This document shows, piece by piece, positions 42,374 through 45,243 of a stretch of DNA of 45,243 bases. Numbering within the stretch: the stretch's first letter is position 1; each line of letters starts with the position of its first letter. The DNA lies in sequence record NC_073059.1; one strand, written 5' to 3'. Origin of the DNA: Escherichia phage vB_EcoS-CHD5UKE2. The notes beneath the pieces are model-generated. The model did not search any database. It saw nothing but the letters and a program-made list of their open reading frames with translations, and was not told where the DNA came from. Position numbers and translations under genes: made by a program.

Positions 42374-45019
42374 TCATCGTTTGTAAAGTACTCCACCCGG
42401 TTTCGTCGCTTTCACGATCTCGGCCTTGACCGACTCGGTGATTTGCTTTCCGAACGCCTGCGCGGTGCGTGGGTCCGGTCCGCTCACACTGGTGTCCGTC
42501 TTACCGGTACCCATGTTCACGTTGGTTGTTACAATCATCCCACCCCCACCAGCACCGGCAGCGGCAACGCCCAGTTTCCCATCCGGCCCGCGCTTCAGTG
42601 GCATGATAGCCTCGGGTCCAGCCTCACCCATCAACCCAGCGCCCTTAGCGAACGCCTGAACGCCATAACTGAAAAAGGTGGGCTGGCTTACCACTTGACC
42701 AGAATAGGCCGCGAGATTGCCTCCTGCGTACGCTCCGCCGTCTGCGTTCTTAGTGAGGCCCGAGAAGATAGCGCCGAACAATCCGTTTTTGCCGCCGTCA
42801 CCGCCGAAAGCGCTAACGATGGATTTGAACGCCTGCGAGGTAGCCAGCTTGATTAATTCGCTCAGGATGGACTTAACCATATCCTTTGCGTTCAGCTTGC
42901 CCGTCTCGAAAAACGTATTCATCGTGTCCTGCATAGCGCCGAACGTGAATTTTGTGAGTGACGTCATCTGCGTGTAGCCGTTCCCCATTTCATCCACGCT
43001 ATCCTTAAGCCCGCGGCTAAAGCCATCCCACAACGAAGCGTTAGCACCGGTCTGTGCTTCCTGCACTTCGCGCAGCTTAGACACCGCCCGGTCAATATCA
43101 GTATCGTTAGCGCCGACACGCTGAAGGCGGTCAATTAGCTGTAATTCTTCGCGCAGGTTAGCCGCTTCGCGAGTGGAAAGCGCATAGCCCGCAGCGGTGG
43201 CCCGTAGCTCGGCGTTCTGGTTCTTGATGAATGCCTCGACCTGGGCGTGTGCCTTGATCTGCTTCTCTTTCGCGTCCAGCAATTTGGCTTCTTCGACGAT
43301 CTGCTCGCGTACCGCTTTAACCGCCTCGAACTCTGCCATTTGCTGCTTTTCTGCTGCCGTTAGTGTGCGTTCCTTGCTTGCTGCGACCATTTGCTCATTA
43401 TCCGCGACCAGCTTATTCAACGCGGCCTGTGCGCGCTGCGTGCGGGTCTGCGTTGTGGCATTGGCTTCGATCTGCTTGCCGGACTCCTTAAGCTGTGCCA
43501 GTTCGCTCCGCGCGACCTCCAGCATTTTAACACCGGCATCGACGCGAATTGCCGCCGCCTTTTTCGGTGCGGGGTCTTTGTAGCGCTCGTTGACCTGCTT
43601 CACCGCCTCGGCTAGTTCTTTCTCGTTAATCACACCGCGCTTATTCAGTAAATTGAGGCGGGCGATCTCGTCGGCGCGCTTCTTCGCGTTGGTGGCAAAT
43701 TCCTTCTCGAACGCGGCGCGGTCACGGGCGGTGCGGTTGGCCTCCTCGTTCGCCTTCGCTGATTTGTCCGCAGCGCTGGCGTTGTCGCGCTCGGCACGGT
43801 TACGCAGGGTGAGCGACGCTACTACTTTTTCCTGTGCGACCAGTTCGCTATAAAGCATGTTAATACGTGCTTTCTGCGCGTCGGTCATTACCCCACCGGC
43901 AGCGTTTACCGCTTTCATCTCAGCATAGTAAGCCGTGGTCATGCGCTGCAATGACTCACGCGCTTTCATCTCGGACTCATTCGATGACTGCGCGCGGCCC
44001 ACATCCAGGATGGCATCCCACATAGATTTAGCTGCCGATGTGACGACGTTCATCGACCGCTCAAGCGTACCCATGTTGGACTTGATCTCGTTGGTCATGC
44101 TGGTGAACGACGCCGCGGCTGTTTTGTTCGCCAGCGCCACCGCTTCGGTTTCGCGACCCGTCGTAACCAGTGACTGCACCTGCTGGATCTGCGCCTCGGT
44201 AACGACGTGATACTTGTCCGCCAGTGCGCGCAAGCCGCCCACCGGGTCGTTGGACAATTTGGAGATGGACTCCACCACGTCGGCGATCGGCTGATTAGAC
44301 ACCTTCGCGAAGTCGTTCACTACTTTCGCCAGCGCGCCGAAGTCAGCACCCGCTTTCACACCTGCCGCCGCCAGCGCCTGAATTGTGTCACGCGTCTTGC
44401 TGAATGAACCGCCCATTCGTTCGGCGTTCTCCGACAGCACCAGGATCTGGTTAGCGGTGAGGCCCGAGATGTTACCGGATAGCGCCAGCGTCTTGTTCAG
44501 CGCCGCTACCTGGTTTTCTGCGCGGGACGTAATAGCCACGCCTACGCCTAGCGTTGCCGTTACCGCAGCAAGGCCGATCCCTACCGGACCGAGAAAGCCA
44601 GCAACATAACGCAGCGTGTTACCCAGTCCACCGAATGCCCCGGTTAACTGCGGTAGCTGCTGAATCATGACGCGGTGCACCGGCATACCCATCTCGAGCG
44701 TGACCGCGATATCTTGTAACTGAAATGCGGCGTTACGCGATGCGAAGCCCAGGTTTTTGGTCGACATGCCTAAGCGGTTGGCAAGTCGCTCCTGCTTCGT
44801 CATGCCATCGGCGGCCCGCTGCGATTCAGTTGCCAGCTTCCCCATTCCGCCCGCGGCGTCACTCGTCACCTTTTTTGAGTTGCCGAGGGTGTCGTTTAAT
44901 TTCTTGACCTTGTTTTCGGTGTTTTCGGACTTCTGCGCGAATGAGTCCAGCACCGTATTCGCCGTTCTGATTTGTGCAACATCCGCCTTTAGCGTGATGC
45001 CTGCTGCTTGATCTGCCAT
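42374..45019 (-). CDS. Tail tape measure protein
   Basis: 881 aa, alpha-helical/coiled-coil-rich; Gly-rich hydrophobic C-terminal region; RBS GGGGA before ATG 45019. Confidence 0.7.
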   Translation of the reverse strand: MADQAAGITLKADVAQIRTANTVLDSFAQKSENTENKVKKLNDTLGNSKKVTSDAAGGMGKLATESQRAADGMTKQERLANRLGMSTKNLGFASRNAAFQLQDIAVTLEMGMPVHRVMIQQLPQLTGAFGGLGNTLRYVAGFLGPVGIGLAAVTATLGVGVAITSRAENQVAALNKTLALSGNISGLTANQILVLSENAERMGGSFSKTRDTIQALAAAGVKAGADFGALAKVVNDFAKVSNQPIADVVESISKLSNDPVGGLRALADKYHVVTEAQIQQVQSLVTTGRETEAVALANKTAAASFTSMTNEIKSNMGTLERSMNVVTSAAKSMWDAILDVGRAQSSNESEMKARESLQRMTTAYYAEMKAVNAAGGVMTDAQKARINMLYSELVAQEKVVASLTLRNRAERDNASAADKSAKANEEANRTARDRAAFEKEFATNAKKRADEIARLNLLNKRGVINEKELAEAVKQVNERYKDPAPKKAAAIRVDAGVKMLEVARSELAQLKESGKQIEANATTQTRTQRAQAALNKLVADNEQMVAASKERTLTAAEKQQMAEFEAVKAVREQIVEEAKLLDAKEKQIKAHAQVEAFIKNQNAELRATAAGYALSTREAANLREELQLIDRLQRVGANDTDIDRAVSKLREVQEAQTGANASLWDGFSRGLKDSVDEMGNGYTQMTSLTKFTFGAMQDTMNTFFETGKLNAKDMVKSILSELIKLATSQAFKSIVSAFGGDGGKNGLFGAIFSGLTKNADGGAYAGGNLAAYSGQVVSQPTFFSYGVQAFAKGAGLMGEAGPEAIMPLKRGPDGKLGVAAAGAGGGGMIVTTNVNMGTGKTDTSVSGPDPRTAQAFGKQITESVKAEIVKATKPGGVLYKR

Positions 45020-45243
45020 TATGCAGTCCCCTTTTTTTTTATGCAGTTGCCGATTGACATTGTATCAGCGAATTTCAAACAAACCTTATTCAGTCTCAGA
45101 CGAGGGGGGCCATTAACCCCCGTCTAGTCTGAAAGACTGGGAGTTGTCCCGCCTGTCCCGATCGGCTGAAACCCGCGGCAGCACTGACGGGGACGGGGTG
45201 CTGTCCCGCTTTGTCCCGCCCCTTGTTTGTCCCGCTTTCTGTC
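45020..45243. repeat. Iteron-bearing structured element, copy A, 5' part (continues at 1..300 across the wrap); lies between tail chaperone and tape measure genes
   Basis: Blocks shared with copy B at 17664..17822: cagtctcagacgaggggggcca, acccccgtctagtctgaaagactggg, ttgtcccgcctgtcccg, ggggtgctgtcccgctttgtcccgcccc, tgtcccgcttt; TTATGCAG boxes at about 45047 and 45057. Confidence 0.8.

Noticed and set aside
42426-44907. Series of plus-strand ORFs (for example 43197..43583, 43590..43853) inside the tape measure gene
   Set aside because: Ser/Ala/Cys-rich translations of the antisense strand of a GC-rich, repetitive coiled-coil gene
1-45243. CRISPR array or integrase/attachment site (temperate lifestyle markers)
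   Set aside because: No regularly spaced identical repeats with unique spacers, and no tyrosine/serine recombinase-like ORF or repressor/antirepressor pair recognised; the gene set looks like a lytic phage, though absence cannot be proven from one window

Overview
This window is a complete, densely packed genome of a tailed dsDNA phage (siphovirus-type) of an enterobacterial host; family-level placement is not resolved from sequence alone. The first 127 bp are identical to the last 127 bp (1..127 = 45117..45243), so the unit length is about 45,116 bp and the window wraps once. A minus-strand late block runs 17447 down to 616 (lysis cassette, terminase small/large, portal, Mu-F-like head protein, spanins, scaffold, major capsid, connector proteins, major tail, tail chaperone) and continues across the wrap into a lambda-like distal tail module (tape measure, M/L/K/I/J-like, 45019 down to 36159) and a tail fibre (34860..33271). 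A plus-strand early/replication block (20918..33244) encodes a Cas4-like exonuclease, gp2.5-like SSB, family-A DNA polymerase, VRR-NUC, SNF2 helicase, C5-MTase-like and Dam-like proteins and a HAD phosphatase; a primase-helicase and HTH regulator are divergent (20649..17928). Most notable are a plus-strand three-gene island inside the structural block whose last gene is a half-length DnaN (beta-clamp) homologue, two copies of a structured GTCCCGC-iteron element, a -1 frameshift site in the tail chaperone, and a GCAACCAAT motif at nearly all predicted early promoters. All product calls rest on remembered family motifs and gene order; no database search was run. Many ORF-track entries are antisense shadows and several true starts lie inside the listed ORFs.
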